Source: Okeania sp.
Lineage (GTDB): Bacteria > Cyanobacteriota > Cyanobacteriia > Cyanobacteriales > Microcoleaceae
Reading direction: 5' to 3'
Length of the DNA: 32,000 bases
NCBI RefSeq assembly: GCF_035285525.1
Contig: NZ_JAYKGW010000104.1
Location: 31,898 to 63,897, forward strand
The notes under the pieces are model-generated. The model had not been told where the DNA came from, searched no databases, and worked only from the letters and a program-made list of their open reading frames with translations. A program made the position numbers and the translations under genes. Shown piece by piece: positions 9,566-18,749 of this stretch; the first letter of the stretch is position 1, and each line of letters begins with the position of its first letter.

Positions 9566-11023
9566 TTAAGCTAGATGTTGCTGGACTGCTAAAACTAAGT
9601 TCTCTGTCCAAGAGTCTGCTAGTTCAGCATTTATTGCCTCTACCATAACTCGAATTACTGGCTCTGTGCCAGAGGCTCGGACTAAAACCCGCCCAAAATC
9701 TGCTAAAGCTGTTTCTGCTTCTTCTATGGCTTTGACTAATGGTTCGCACTTTTGCCAGTTGACTCGGCGATCGCGGTCTTCAACTCGGACATTTTGGAGT
9801 AGTTGGGGATAGGTTTGAAAGCTTTGGTCTACTAATTCTGCTAAAGAAACTCCAGAATTTTTGACTAGGGTGGCTAAATGCAGGGCTGTCATTAGGCCAT
9901 CTCCTGTCATTCCATAATGGGGACAGAGAATATGTCCTGACTGTTCTCCGCCTAACATGGACCCTGTGCGCTGCATTTCTCTATAAACGTATTGGTCTCC
10001 TACTTTTGTCCGTAATATTTTTCCACCCTGTTTTTCCCAAGCACGTTCAAAACCTAAATTAGCCATAACTGTGGTTACTATTATGTTTTCTGGTAATAGT
10101 CCAGCTTTACTTAAACTTTGGCCCCAGAGATAGAGTATATAATCTCCATTAATGGAACGACCTTGGGAATCTACTGCTAATACTCGGTCTGCATCTCCAT
10201 CAAAGGCAAATCCTATATCAGCTTTGTTTTCTATTACTGCTTCTTGGAGAGTATGAAGATGGGTAGAACCACAGTTGACATTGATGCGCTCGCCGTCTGG
10301 TTCGTCATGCAAAGTAATAATTTCTGCCCCCATTGTCTGAAAAACTTCTGGGGCAGTATGAACTGCTGCTCCCCAAGCTAAGTCGAGAACTATTTTCATT
10401 CCCTGGAAATGCCCAGGAGTTAAAGGGGAATATAGGGATGCTTGATACTTTTTGACTAATTCGGGTCTATGGTAATATTGTCCCCAGTTACTGTGGATGG
10501 TGGGAAAATCTGCTGTGCCTCTAATTCCAGATTCTATCTGTTTCTGTAATTCTGAAGAGAGTTTTGTTCCATCAGAGCCAAAAAATTTGATTCCATTATC
10601 TTCTGGTGGGTTATGACTAGCAGAAATCATTACTCCCCCTATTGTTTCGGAAATGCCAGTCAGATAAGCAACGCAGGGGGTAGGGCATAAACCTAAATTC
10701 CAAACTTCTAAACCTGCTGCGGTTAAACCTGCTGATAGAGCCATTCCTAGCATATTGCCAGAGTTTCTGGAATCTTGACCCATAACTACTGGGCCAGGAT
10801 TTTGAGAATATTGGCGCAATACTTGTCCAGCCCAAAAACCTATTTTTAGGGCTAGAGGGGCGTTGAGTAGTTCTCCTGCTTTGCCCCGGATGCCATCTGT
10901 ACCGAATAGGGGTGTTGTGGGTAAGGATTTACTATTCCAAATTGATGTTATTTCTGTCGCTGTGGATGATAAATTCAAAGTATTTTGTTCGTAAGTTCCC
11001 TTGAATGATGGTATGCTTACCAT
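9566..11023 (-). CDS. glmM: phosphoglucosamine mutase
   Basis: Has the active-site Ser loop [19 protein letters not shown], the metal site FAFDGDADR and the sugar loop GGEQSGH. I prefer the ATG at 11023 (MVSIP..) because AGGAG (plus-strand ctcct at 11032-11036) sits 8 nt upstream. The tracked GTG at 11032 overlaps that Shine-Dalgarno site. Confidence 0.9.
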   Translation of the reverse strand: MVSIPSFKGTYEQNTLNLSSTATEITSIWNSKSLPTTPLFGTDGIRGKAGELLNAPLALKIGFWAGQVLRQYSQNPGPVVMGQDSRNSGNMLGMALSAGLTAAGLEVWNLGLCPTPCVAYLTGISETIGGVMISASHNPPEDNGIKFFGSDGTKLSSELQKQIESGIRGTADFPTIHSNWGQYYHRPELVKKYQASLYSPLTPGHFQGMKIVLDLAWGAAVHTAPEVFQTMGAEIITLHDEPDGERINVNCGSTHLHTLQEAVIENKADIGFAFDGDADRVLAVDSQGRSINGDYILYLWGQSLSKAGLLPENIIVTTVMANLGFERAWEKQGGKILRTKVGDQYVYREMQRTGSMLGGEQSGHILCPHYGMTGDGLMTALHLATLVKNSGVSLAELVDQSFQTYPQLLQNVRVEDRDRRVNWQKCEPLVKAIEEAETALADFGRVLVRASGTEPVIRVMVEAINAELADSWTENLVLAVQQHLA

Positions 11024-12510
11024 AATTTTCACTCCTGGTCAATATTAAGTTATTCTCACTCTCAAACAAGAGAATAACACCTTCAGACTCAATAAAAAGG
11101 CAAGGAAAGAAGATGAGTTTATAGACATTTAAGGATTTCTTGGTGGCAGTTCTATAATCTCAAGAGCTACTCTAAACTCATCCCTGGATAGGAAGTCAGG
11201 ATATCCAGAAATAGAATAGGGTTTGCTGATTAAATCCCCTCGCATTTATAAATAAATAAGAGAAAAAAGTAGAACAATAGCCCCATTATGCACCATCTCT
11301 TGATTACTACATCTCCCTACCTAATTTTATAGATACTAAGTGGTTTTTATATGGAACTATTTGTGAATTTCACTCTCATATAAACTGTTAAGATACAGAA
11401 AAAATTGTGAATGTTTATTTATTGCTAGAGAAAATTAAAATACAAATACAAAATCATTAATTATTGACTATATAGCAATTCTATTTTATTTTTGTATAAA
11501 AATCTCACTCCTTTTCGGTAGGTCGGCAATGGGCAATGGGTAATACCCTTTCTCAAAAAGAATGTTATATCTGATTGGATGGGGAAGTTTGGTTCCTGTA
11601 GTTCCTGTCGGGAGAGGAAAAGTAGAAAAAATAATTACTAACCAACTCATCATTGGTAAAAACAGACTTTTAGTCTTGGTAAATATTGACTTTTGAAGTC
11701 TAGCTCAGGTATGGCATTAATGCATGGTAATTGGTATAAGACTTTCGGAGTTTATTTCTAGTTTTTGATTACCCGCAACATATTTATTATTGCTATAATA
11801 TGAAATTTCCTGGTCAATTCTGACCATTAGTCACAAAAAGGGTGAAAAATCAGAGATAAGTAATTTTTTTACCAAAAAGTATAACAGCATAGTCTTGAAA
11901 AAATAATCAGTAATCCAATTTAAGAATAATTTATAATAAACATATATCTATTACAATAGAACCAAAAAAACTAAATAGTTTTGGCTGAAAAACATTTAAC
12001 TCAATTATTTTAAGATTATCCAATACTCAAAAAAAATCACTTTCTCACATGTAGGTAAATTTGCTATATATAAAAAAATAGGTAATCATTTCCTACGGAA
12101 TGGTGCAAAAACATCCTTCAGCTATCAGCCATCAGAAGAGTGCTTTTAGTTTTCGATAAAAGCTTTATGATACGGTTCCCGATCAATCAGAAATTTTATC
12201 TGAACTACAAAATTCAGTTTCCAAGTTTATATTCTTTTAAATCTCAACCTTAAGGAGGAGATTTTTATTTCTGAATGCTGAATGCTAATAGCTAAATGCT
12301 TACAAAAATAGTTAATACTTCTGATTTGAAATAGCAAACCCTTAACCTGTAAACCTCCATAACCATACTTGAATATCCCAAGTTGAAATTTTCTTTCGGA
12401 GGTATTAAAAGCATTCTAGGTGATGAAAAAAAACAAAAAGAGTTAGTTAAGCACTCTTATCGTCATCGACTGAAAAGTTATTACTAATAGTTAGTAGAGT
12501 AAATTTTGTT

Positions 12511-14499
12511 ATGTCATTAGAAAATTCACAACCAAAAAAGTTGGAAGTAAGTTCCAATACAACTTCTAAAAATGGAGATAACGGCCACAGTAGTAGTTCC
12601 ATAGTAGAAAGAAAAGCAGTGAATACTAATTCACAACCTTCAGAGGAAAAACCAAACAATGATTTAGAAGTTGAACCGGAAAAAAACTCCCAAAAATCAA
12701 CAGCATCTCCATCTCACAAGAAGGAGAAAAGTTATTGGGGATTTCAACTAATGTGGTGGAGTGTTGCAGCTAGTTTTGGAATTACAGGTGGTGCAGCACT
12801 TATATGGTTGCTAGTTAACCCTCCCCAACCAAACTGTGAAAATATTTCTCTATTATCACCAGATGGAAAGCGACTCTACTGCGCTAACAAAGCTGCTGAG
12901 TCACGAAATTTAGAAGAACTAGAAAAAGCCTTAAGTTTAGTCAAAGATTGGTCAGAAGAACATCCCCTCTATCAAATAGGTCAACAAATGACCGGAGAAT
13001 GGACCAAGTTAATTATCTCTGTTGCTGAGGAAAAGATTCGAGAAGGTGATTTACAGGGGGCACTAGATACAGTAGGGAAAATTCCGAAAGATAGTCCAGC
13101 TTACGTTAGGGTAGAAGAAGCAAAAGCTAATTGGAAAACACAATGGGCAGAAGGTCAATCTTTTTATGATAAAGCTATAGAAGCTATAAAAGCAATAAAT
13201 TGGGATAAAGCTTCTGATTACTCATTGGCTATGTCAAAACTGGATAACGTTTATTGGCAAACTACTAAACATAGAGAATTATTAGAGCGCATTGTCCTAG
13301 AAAAAAAGGGTTGGCAAATGCTTAAAGACGCTCGTGATTTGATATACTGGGAGACGGCAGATGAGTACGGAGAAGCGATCGCTGTAGCTAACAATATAGA
13401 CCCCAATCTCTACATTAGAAACGAAGTCGATCAAAATATTCAAAAGTGGGTTAGTACCTTAATCGAAATTGCTACGAAAAATATAGAAGAAGAAGACCTA
13501 AAGGGAGCAATATCAGCCGTTGGGTTTATTCCTTCAGAGCATAAACTGAAAAAACAAGGGGAAGATTTAATATTACTAGGTCATTCTTTAGCAGCAACTT
13601 GGAACAGTCCTGAGGAAAAGTCTAACACTGCTAATATACTAGCTTTGATGGAAGGAAAAGCAGCAGCGACTCAGATTACCTCAAATAGTCCATATTATCA
13701 ACAAGCTCAAGCTCAAATTAAGCAACTTCAACAACAGCTAGATGATTTAACTCGTATTCAGCTAGCTAAAGCGGTAGGTGGTATGGGTCAACCTTTCACA
13801 TTAAGATTGGCCATAGACCAAGCTGGAATGATTGGCCAGAAACAACCAAGGCGGATCGAAGCTCAAACTTTAATTGCGAAGTGGCGCAAAGATATTCTTA
13901 AGATAGAAGATAGACCTTATGTGGTTTTGGCTAAACAATTAGCTAAACAGGAGACTGTTGATGAGTATAATTTAGCAATTAAGCAAGCTAGTTATGTTCC
14001 TTTGGAGCATCCCCTGAGAATAGAAGCTCAAACTTTGATAGCTGAATGGATTAAACGAGTACAGATTATTGAAGATTCACCAATTATAGCAGAAGCTAGA
14101 ACTTTGGCGGAAGAAGGAAAACTGGAGAAGGCTATTGATGTAGCGTATAATATTAAAGAGGGTCGTGCTTTGTATGGCGAAGCTCAGGATGAAATTTATA
14201 AATGGAATACAGAATTACAAATTGCTCAAGATAGACCGATTCTTAATACAGCTTATAGTTTGGCTAATCAAGGTAGTCTAAGTGCTGCTATTAATAAAGC
14301 TTATCAGATTGGCTATGGACGCGCTCTTTATTATGAAGCTCAAGATGCTATATACCGCTGGGAGTCTGAATTAAATGCGATACGGGCAGCAAAACAAGCT
14401 GAGGAAGCTAGAAAACAGGAAGAATACCAACGAGCTCAAGAACAATATTATCAGCAAGATTCTAATCCTCAATATTATTCTCCAAGTCCACAAGGCTAA
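12511..14499 (+). CDS. membrane-anchored protein with a disordered N-terminus and about 7-8 helical repeats of about 52 aa; function unknown
   Basis: 662-aa ORF with one hydrophobic helix (WWSVAASFGITGGAALIWLLV). It has repeated modules such as RRIEAQTLIAKWRKDILKIEDRPYVVLAKQLA, LRIEAQTLIAEWIKRVQIIEDSPIIAEARTLA and LYGEAQDEIYKWNTELQIAQDRPILNTAYSLA, followed by a Q/E/Y-rich tail. Confidence 0.7.
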   Translation: MSLENSQPKKLEVSSNTTSKNGDNGHSSSSIVERKAVNTNSQPSEEKPNNDLEVEPEKNSQKSTASPSHKKEKSYWGFQLMWWSVAASFGITGGAALIWLLVNPPQPNCENISLLSPDGKRLYCANKAAESRNLEELEKALSLVKDWSEEHPLYQIGQQMTGEWTKLIISVAEEKIREGDLQGALDTVGKIPKDSPAYVRVEEAKANWKTQWAEGQSFYDKAIEAIKAINWDKASDYSLAMSKLDNVYWQTTKHRELLERIVLEKKGWQMLKDARDLIYWETADEYGEAIAVANNIDPNLYIRNEVDQNIQKWVSTLIEIATKNIEEEDLKGAISAVGFIPSEHKLKKQGEDLILLGHSLAATWNSPEEKSNTANILALMEGKAAATQITSNSPYYQQAQAQIKQLQQQLDDLTRIQLAKAVGGMGQPFTLRLAIDQAGMIGQKQPRRIEAQTLIAKWRKDILKIEDRPYVVLAKQLAKQETVDEYNLAIKQASYVPLEHPLRIEAQTLIAEWIKRVQIIEDSPIIAEARTLAEEGKLEKAIDVAYNIKEGRALYGEAQDEIYKWNTELQIAQDRPILNTAYSLANQGSLSAAINKAYQIGYGRALYYEAQDAIYRWESELNAIRAAKQAEEARKQEEYQRAQEQYYQQDSNPQYYSPSPQG

Positions 14500-14572
14500 T
14501 TTTAACTAACCGCGAGTCCTCAATATTATTTTGCACCTCCACAAACTTCTTAGATAAATTTGTTAATGTTAA

Positions 14573-14624
14573 AAGTTAAATTCAAAATTTCCTTAATCTT
14601 TGAATTTAACTTTTATTTTTTATT
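14573..14624 (+). terminator. intrinsic terminator candidate after the 12511-14499 gene
   Basis: A 14-bp perfect stem pairs AAGTTAAATTCAAA (14573-14586) with TTTGAATTTAACTT (14599-14612). The loop is 12 nt and TTATTTTTTATT follows. Confidence 0.65.
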
Positions 14625-15130
14625 ACCGATTAAAAATGTAGATAAAAAAAACTTAAACTTTTGTTTTCTGGTAAGCATTTCCTCCAGAATGCTGCGCAGA
14701 TAGCCGTCAGTTATTAGCTAGTTTCCTGGGTCGGAACTTTGTTAACAGCTATGAGTTATTTAGTTATTAACTCACTGTCACACCAAATGAAATTCTTGAT
14801 CGTTCAACCTTAAATTTGCTTAATTTTGGCAAAAGCTAATAGCTAATAGCTGAATACTTACCAAAGAATTAATAATTAAATAATTAGGGTTTGCGCTTCT
14901 TCAGTCTTTTAGTAGGGGGGAGGAACCAGAATCGGTGAATCCAGAATCCAGAAGGAATAGTCATTACAGAAGAGGTAGGAGGAAGAATTATTTTTTGATT
15001 TTCTATCACAATTAGCCAAAAATATTAGACTTTTTAGATTTCAAGACCTAAAATCTGGTACTTTTTCCGGACTAAAAAAGGCTGAAACCTTTATTAAATA
15101 GTGCTTTCATGCTTTTTTTCAGCAGACCTA

Positions 15131-15238
15131 ATTAAATAATTACCGCCTTGAAGCCTCCTCTTTAAAAAGGGAAAAAAATAATTTTTTTCCTTTTATTCAA
15201 TCTTCTTCCTTTTAGGGAGAGGTAATTATTAATTATCC
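15131..15238 (-). repeat. dispersed element related to 20124-20310
   Basis: The reverse complement reads GGATAATTAATAATTACCTCTCCCTAAAAGGAAGAAGATTGAATAAAAGG...TTTTCCCTTTTTAAAGAGGAGGCTTCAAGGCGGTAATTATTTAAT. It aligns with 20124-20310 except for a 69-nt block found only in the latter. Confidence 0.75.
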
Positions 15239-15297
15239 ATTATTGAAGTTCCCTGTTCCTTTAAAATAGGATTAATATATCAACCAAAAACTAATTT

Positions 15298-17211
15298 ATG
15301 AATAGTAAATCGGCATTAAAATTGCTACTCATTGATAATGACCCTATCTTTCGGATGGGGTTAAAATTTTCTTGTGAGCATTTTCCTGATTTAGAAATAG
15401 TATTTGATGCAGAAGTAGGAGCGGAAACTTTAAGCAAGATTGAAAGTTTAATTTCAGAAGAGAATAATTTTTTGGTAATTCTAGATATAGAAACTAATAA
15501 TTTACTTCCTCAAAATACAGAGGAAATGACAATTTCTGGAATTGACTTTTGCCAACAGCTTAAAACTTCTTATCCTGATTTATCAATATTATTATTGACG
15601 TCTTTACAGGATACATTATTATTAAGGTTAGCACAAAAGTTAGGTGTTAATGGTTATTGTCTCAAAGGAATTAGTATTTCTGATTTAGTAATTGTTATTA
15701 GACAAGTCGCAGATGGTCAGTTTTCTTGGCAAAATATTCCGGAAATTGAAACTATACAAAAAAAAGCTCGACCTAAAAGTTCAGGTTTAAAGGTTGAAAC
15801 CAAAAAATTTTTCAATACTCTTTTGGAGAGCTTTTGTAAGTCAGGGTTAAAACAAATAGATTCTTCTCTTTTAGAAGTAACATCTCAACTTAATGAGAGA
15901 GTAAAAAAATTAGATAGAAATGATTTAAGTTCTCTATTAAATGTAGCAATAACTTCTGGGCAGCGCCGAGAATTATTAACAGTTAGATGGATAATTAGTC
16001 AGTTGTCACCTAAGTCTGTTAATAGGGATAAGCAACAGCAAATAACAGAAATAAATAGATATAATTTTGTCGATGCAAACTGGCAAAACATGACAGAATT
16101 AAAAACAGAACAAATCGTTAATTCTGTCAATAATAATAGGAAAAATTTACTGGCAATAAATTCAGAACTTGTTTCGTCTACCACCACTGAAGCTATAAAT
16201 TTACAAACAACATTATTTGAGGCAACTATAGCTAAATTACATCCTAATTTAATTAACCTCAGTGGATTACCAATGGAAATTGATATTTTGCGAGGTTCTA
16301 AGAAGCAAGAATTAATTTATATAGCTTTATGTAAGTTTGAAGATATTCTAGATGAGCTGAGGACTACTTCTATTCGGATGGAAGAAATTCCTAAACAAAG
16401 ATATGATATTGTACATAATTTGTGGGAATTTACTAGCAATTTTTTTGTAGGTGAATATTATCAATTAGAAATTAGCAATGGTATTGGAATTGCTAATTAT
16501 TTTACGGAACCAGTTAAAGTAGAGGTAATTCCAGTTTTGTTAAATGATAGTGATAATGTGCATAAGTTTATTCTTGATAAAATTCCTTTAGTTGAAGAGT
16601 TAATTTCCTATTTATTGTTTGAAGTTCCTTTGGTAATTGATAATGTATCTTTTGAAGTGGGTACTGTTGAAGCAATGGAACGGTCTGAAGTTTTACTCCA
16701 AAATTTATTAATTTCAATTGCTAATGCTGTAATTCAACCTTTATTAAATAATTTTGCTGATGTAGAAGAAGTTAAAGAAGACTTTTATAGTCAGCAATTA
16801 TTATCAACACGAGATATTGAAAAATTTCGGAACAGCTTATCTTGGAAATATCGTATAGAACAATATATTACAGAGCCAAAAGCAATTTTTGAGAGTAAAT
16901 TTTCTTTATTTGTTTTGAATGAACTTGGGATTAAAAAAATATCTATTTATTCATCTCGTAGACATGAATTAATCAAACTTTCAGGAGTTCCATTGATAGT
17001 AACTTTACTGTTAGAAACTCGTGATGCAATAGCTCCTGGTATTAGGGCAACTGTTTCTTTTATTGGCAGTGGAGTTGTCTATTTATTGACTCAAGTAGTT
17101 GGGCGTGGTATAGGTTTAGTTGGAAGAGGTATTATTCAAGGTGTGGGTAGTTCTTTTCAAGATGTTAAATTTGGTAGAAATAATCATAAAGAAGAAGCAA
17201 GAAAAGGTTAG
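15298..17211 (+). CDS. response-regulator receiver domain fused to a large C-terminal domain (DUF3685/Ycf55-like, from memory)
   Basis: 637-aa ORF. The N-terminal receiver has LLLIDNDPIFRMGL, a putative acceptor Asp in LVILDIE, T in LLLTS and K in GYCLKG. The C-terminal half matches what I recall of cyanobacterial DUF3685 proteins and ends in a Gly-rich hydrophobic segment. Confidence 0.65.
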   Translation: MNSKSALKLLLIDNDPIFRMGLKFSCEHFPDLEIVFDAEVGAETLSKIESLISEENNFLVILDIETNNLLPQNTEEMTISGIDFCQQLKTSYPDLSILLLTSLQDTLLLRLAQKLGVNGYCLKGISISDLVIVIRQVADGQFSWQNIPEIETIQKKARPKSSGLKVETKKFFNTLLESFCKSGLKQIDSSLLEVTSQLNERVKKLDRNDLSSLLNVAITSGQRRELLTVRWIISQLSPKSVNRDKQQQITEINRYNFVDANWQNMTELKTEQIVNSVNNNRKNLLAINSELVSSTTTEAINLQTTLFEATIAKLHPNLINLSGLPMEIDILRGSKKQELIYIALCKFEDILDELRTTSIRMEEIPKQRYDIVHNLWEFTSNFFVGEYYQLEISNGIGIANYFTEPVKVEVIPVLLNDSDNVHKFILDKIPLVEELISYLLFEVPLVIDNVSFEVGTVEAMERSEVLLQNLLISIANAVIQPLLNNFADVEEVKEDFYSQQLLSTRDIEKFRNSLSWKYRIEQYITEPKAIFESKFSLFVLNELGIKKISIYSSRRHELIKLSGVPLIVTLLLETRDAIAPGIRATVSFIGSGVVYLLTQVVGRGIGLVGRGIIQGVGSSFQDVKFGRNNHKEEARKG

Positions 17212-17282
17212 CAAAAATGTTTGCTTGTTCTTTTTTCTCTGTTCTCTAACTAGAAATAAAAAACTAAAACTTTTGCTTTTTC

Positions 17283-17317
17283 CCTGTTCCCTATTCCGTG
17301 TTCCCTATTCCCTAATA
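17283..17317. repeat. STRR-type heptamer array (CCTATTC-like, 5 units)
   Basis: Units read cctgttc cctattc cgtgttc cctattc cctaata, immediately upstream of the 17327 start. Confidence 0.85.
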
Positions 17318-17326
17318 AAATAATTA

Positions 17327-18148
17327 ATGGTAAATTATAGACTCTCTCAACAACACCTAAATCTATTAACAAATTGTCCCCGAAAATTTCAATATCTCTA
17401 TCTACATAATCTTGGTGTACCGATAACATCAGCAGAACAAGAAAGACTAAATTGGGGTAGTCAATTTCACCTATTAATGCAGCAAAAAGAATTAGGATTA
17501 CCGATAGAATCTTTAATATTAGAAAATCAAGAAATGCTGCTTTGCTTTAATAATTTTTCTCAAGCTGCATCAGAAATATTAAGTTCTGAAACTCAAGATG
17601 ATATAATTTTACGTCAAGCTGAACATCATCGTAGTTTTAATTTTAAAGGTTATATTTTGACGGCTATTTATGATTTATTAATTGCTAAAAATAAACAGGC
17701 ACAAATTTTTGATTGGAAAACCTACAGGTATCCTAAAAACCAAGAAAAATTAGCTCAAAATTGGCAAACACGGTTATATCTTTACCTATTAGTTGAAACT
17801 AGCAAATATTTACCAGAAGCAGTTTCCATGACCTATTGGTTTATCCAACCGAAAAGTGAAAAGTTACCATACAAATTAACATTTTCTTATAATCAACAAG
17901 CGCACAAAAAAACTGAACAGGATTTACAAAAGATATTAGATAATTTAACTGACTGGTTAAAAAATTATCAGGAAAAAGGATTAGAATTTCCACAAGTCCA
18001 GATTCTTGATACTTGTTATACTTGTCAATTTAGTAGTCCGTGTCAAGGTTTTTCAGAAGTTTATAATAGAGAAGGAGAGGGTGTATCTACAGATATTTCT
18101 GCTGATTTAATATTCAGTTTAGATAATATTCCTGAAATAGTAATTTAG
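17327..18148 (+). CDS. PD-(D/E)XK nuclease, Cas4/RecB-like, with a 4-Cys (Fe-S type) arrangement
   Basis: 273-aa ORF with an N-terminal Cys (NCPRKFQY) plus a C-terminal C-x2-C-x5-C (DTCYTCQFSSPC). Nuclease motifs are D (AIYDLL), D-x-K (IFDWKT) and Q-x3-Y (QTRLYLY). Confidence 0.7.
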   Translation: MVNYRLSQQHLNLLTNCPRKFQYLYLHNLGVPITSAEQERLNWGSQFHLLMQQKELGLPIESLILENQEMLLCFNNFSQAASEILSSETQDDIILRQAEHHRSFNFKGYILTAIYDLLIAKNKQAQIFDWKTYRYPKNQEKLAQNWQTRLYLYLLVETSKYLPEAVSMTYWFIQPKSEKLPYKLTFSYNQQAHKKTEQDLQKILDNLTDWLKNYQEKGLEFPQVQILDTCYTCQFSSPCQGFSEVYNREGEGVSTDISADLIFSLDNIPEIVI

Positions 18149-18339
18149 CTTAAGACTATTTAATGTAAGCATTTCCTGAGTAAATTAAATTGGTCATCAG
18201 TTTACATTATAATCGGTTGATTATTGACAAAAGCTTTTTGCTGAAACTAATAGTTGTTTCGGCAGTATTTATTAGAAAATGCTTACTATTTACTTATAGG
18301 TTACTAATTAAATATTTAGTCTTTTTAGAGTTAAAAATT

Positions 18340-18432
18340 TTCATTTAATTAGGGGGGTTTACTAACTAAATATAAAAGTTTTGACAGATAAAGGTGAAAT
18401 TTTAGGTCGGGAAAAAGTATCGGCTTTTGGGT
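18340..18432 (+). repeat. dispersed intergenic repeat modules, copy 3
   Basis: ACTAACTAAATATAAAAG and TTTTAGGTCGGGAAAAAGTATCGGCTTTTGGG match 1064-1150 and 3700-3830. Confidence 0.55.
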
Positions 18433-18749
18433 TGATGGAGTAGAAAAAGTGAGTCTAAATGGGGTAACTATGACAGAAAAACTAAGGGGTTATTTTAGTT
18501 ATCAGTAGAGAATGAATCTCTGACTAAACTCGGAGGTTGGAAATACTAAAGTTAAATATTTTTATCATCCCCTTAAAAAGGGAAACTTTCAACCAATTTT
18601 TTTGGTAATTATGAATAACTACCTATGATAAAACTTGTCTAACTAAATCCTAACTATTAACTATTTCCTACTCCTGACTGCCTACTCTCAGAAAAAGACT
18701 TTTACGGTTCCCGATAAATTAGCAAACTCTAATTATTAATCAGAATATT

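Noticed and set aside
10617-10835. Minus-strand 72-aa ORF inside glmM.
   Set aside because: It is an alternative frame of the strongly supported glmM coding region.
11030-11032. GTG start of glmM as given by the ORF track.
   Set aside because: It overlaps the AGGAG ribosome-binding site that is correctly spaced for the ATG at 11023.
12447-12659. Minus-strand 70-aa ORF. The same category covers 15999-16187(-), 17120-17323(+), 18740-18991(-), 25851-26114(-), 26662-26862(+) and 27309-27506(-).
   Set aside because: All are antisense or alternative-frame ORFs embedded in, or overlapping, longer motif-supported genes. None has a recognisable motif.
15066-15071. TCCGGA hexamer, matching the DIF-type heterocyst promoter element.
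   Set aside because: It is a single palindromic hexamer inside a dispersed repeat copy. It has no convincing -10 box or downstream gene at the right distance.
17327-18148. The Cas4-like nuclease as an indicator of a CRISPR-Cas locus.
   Set aside because: There is no cas1, cas2, effector gene or array in the window. Cas4-like PD-(D/E)XK Fe-S nucleases also occur as stand-alone genes.
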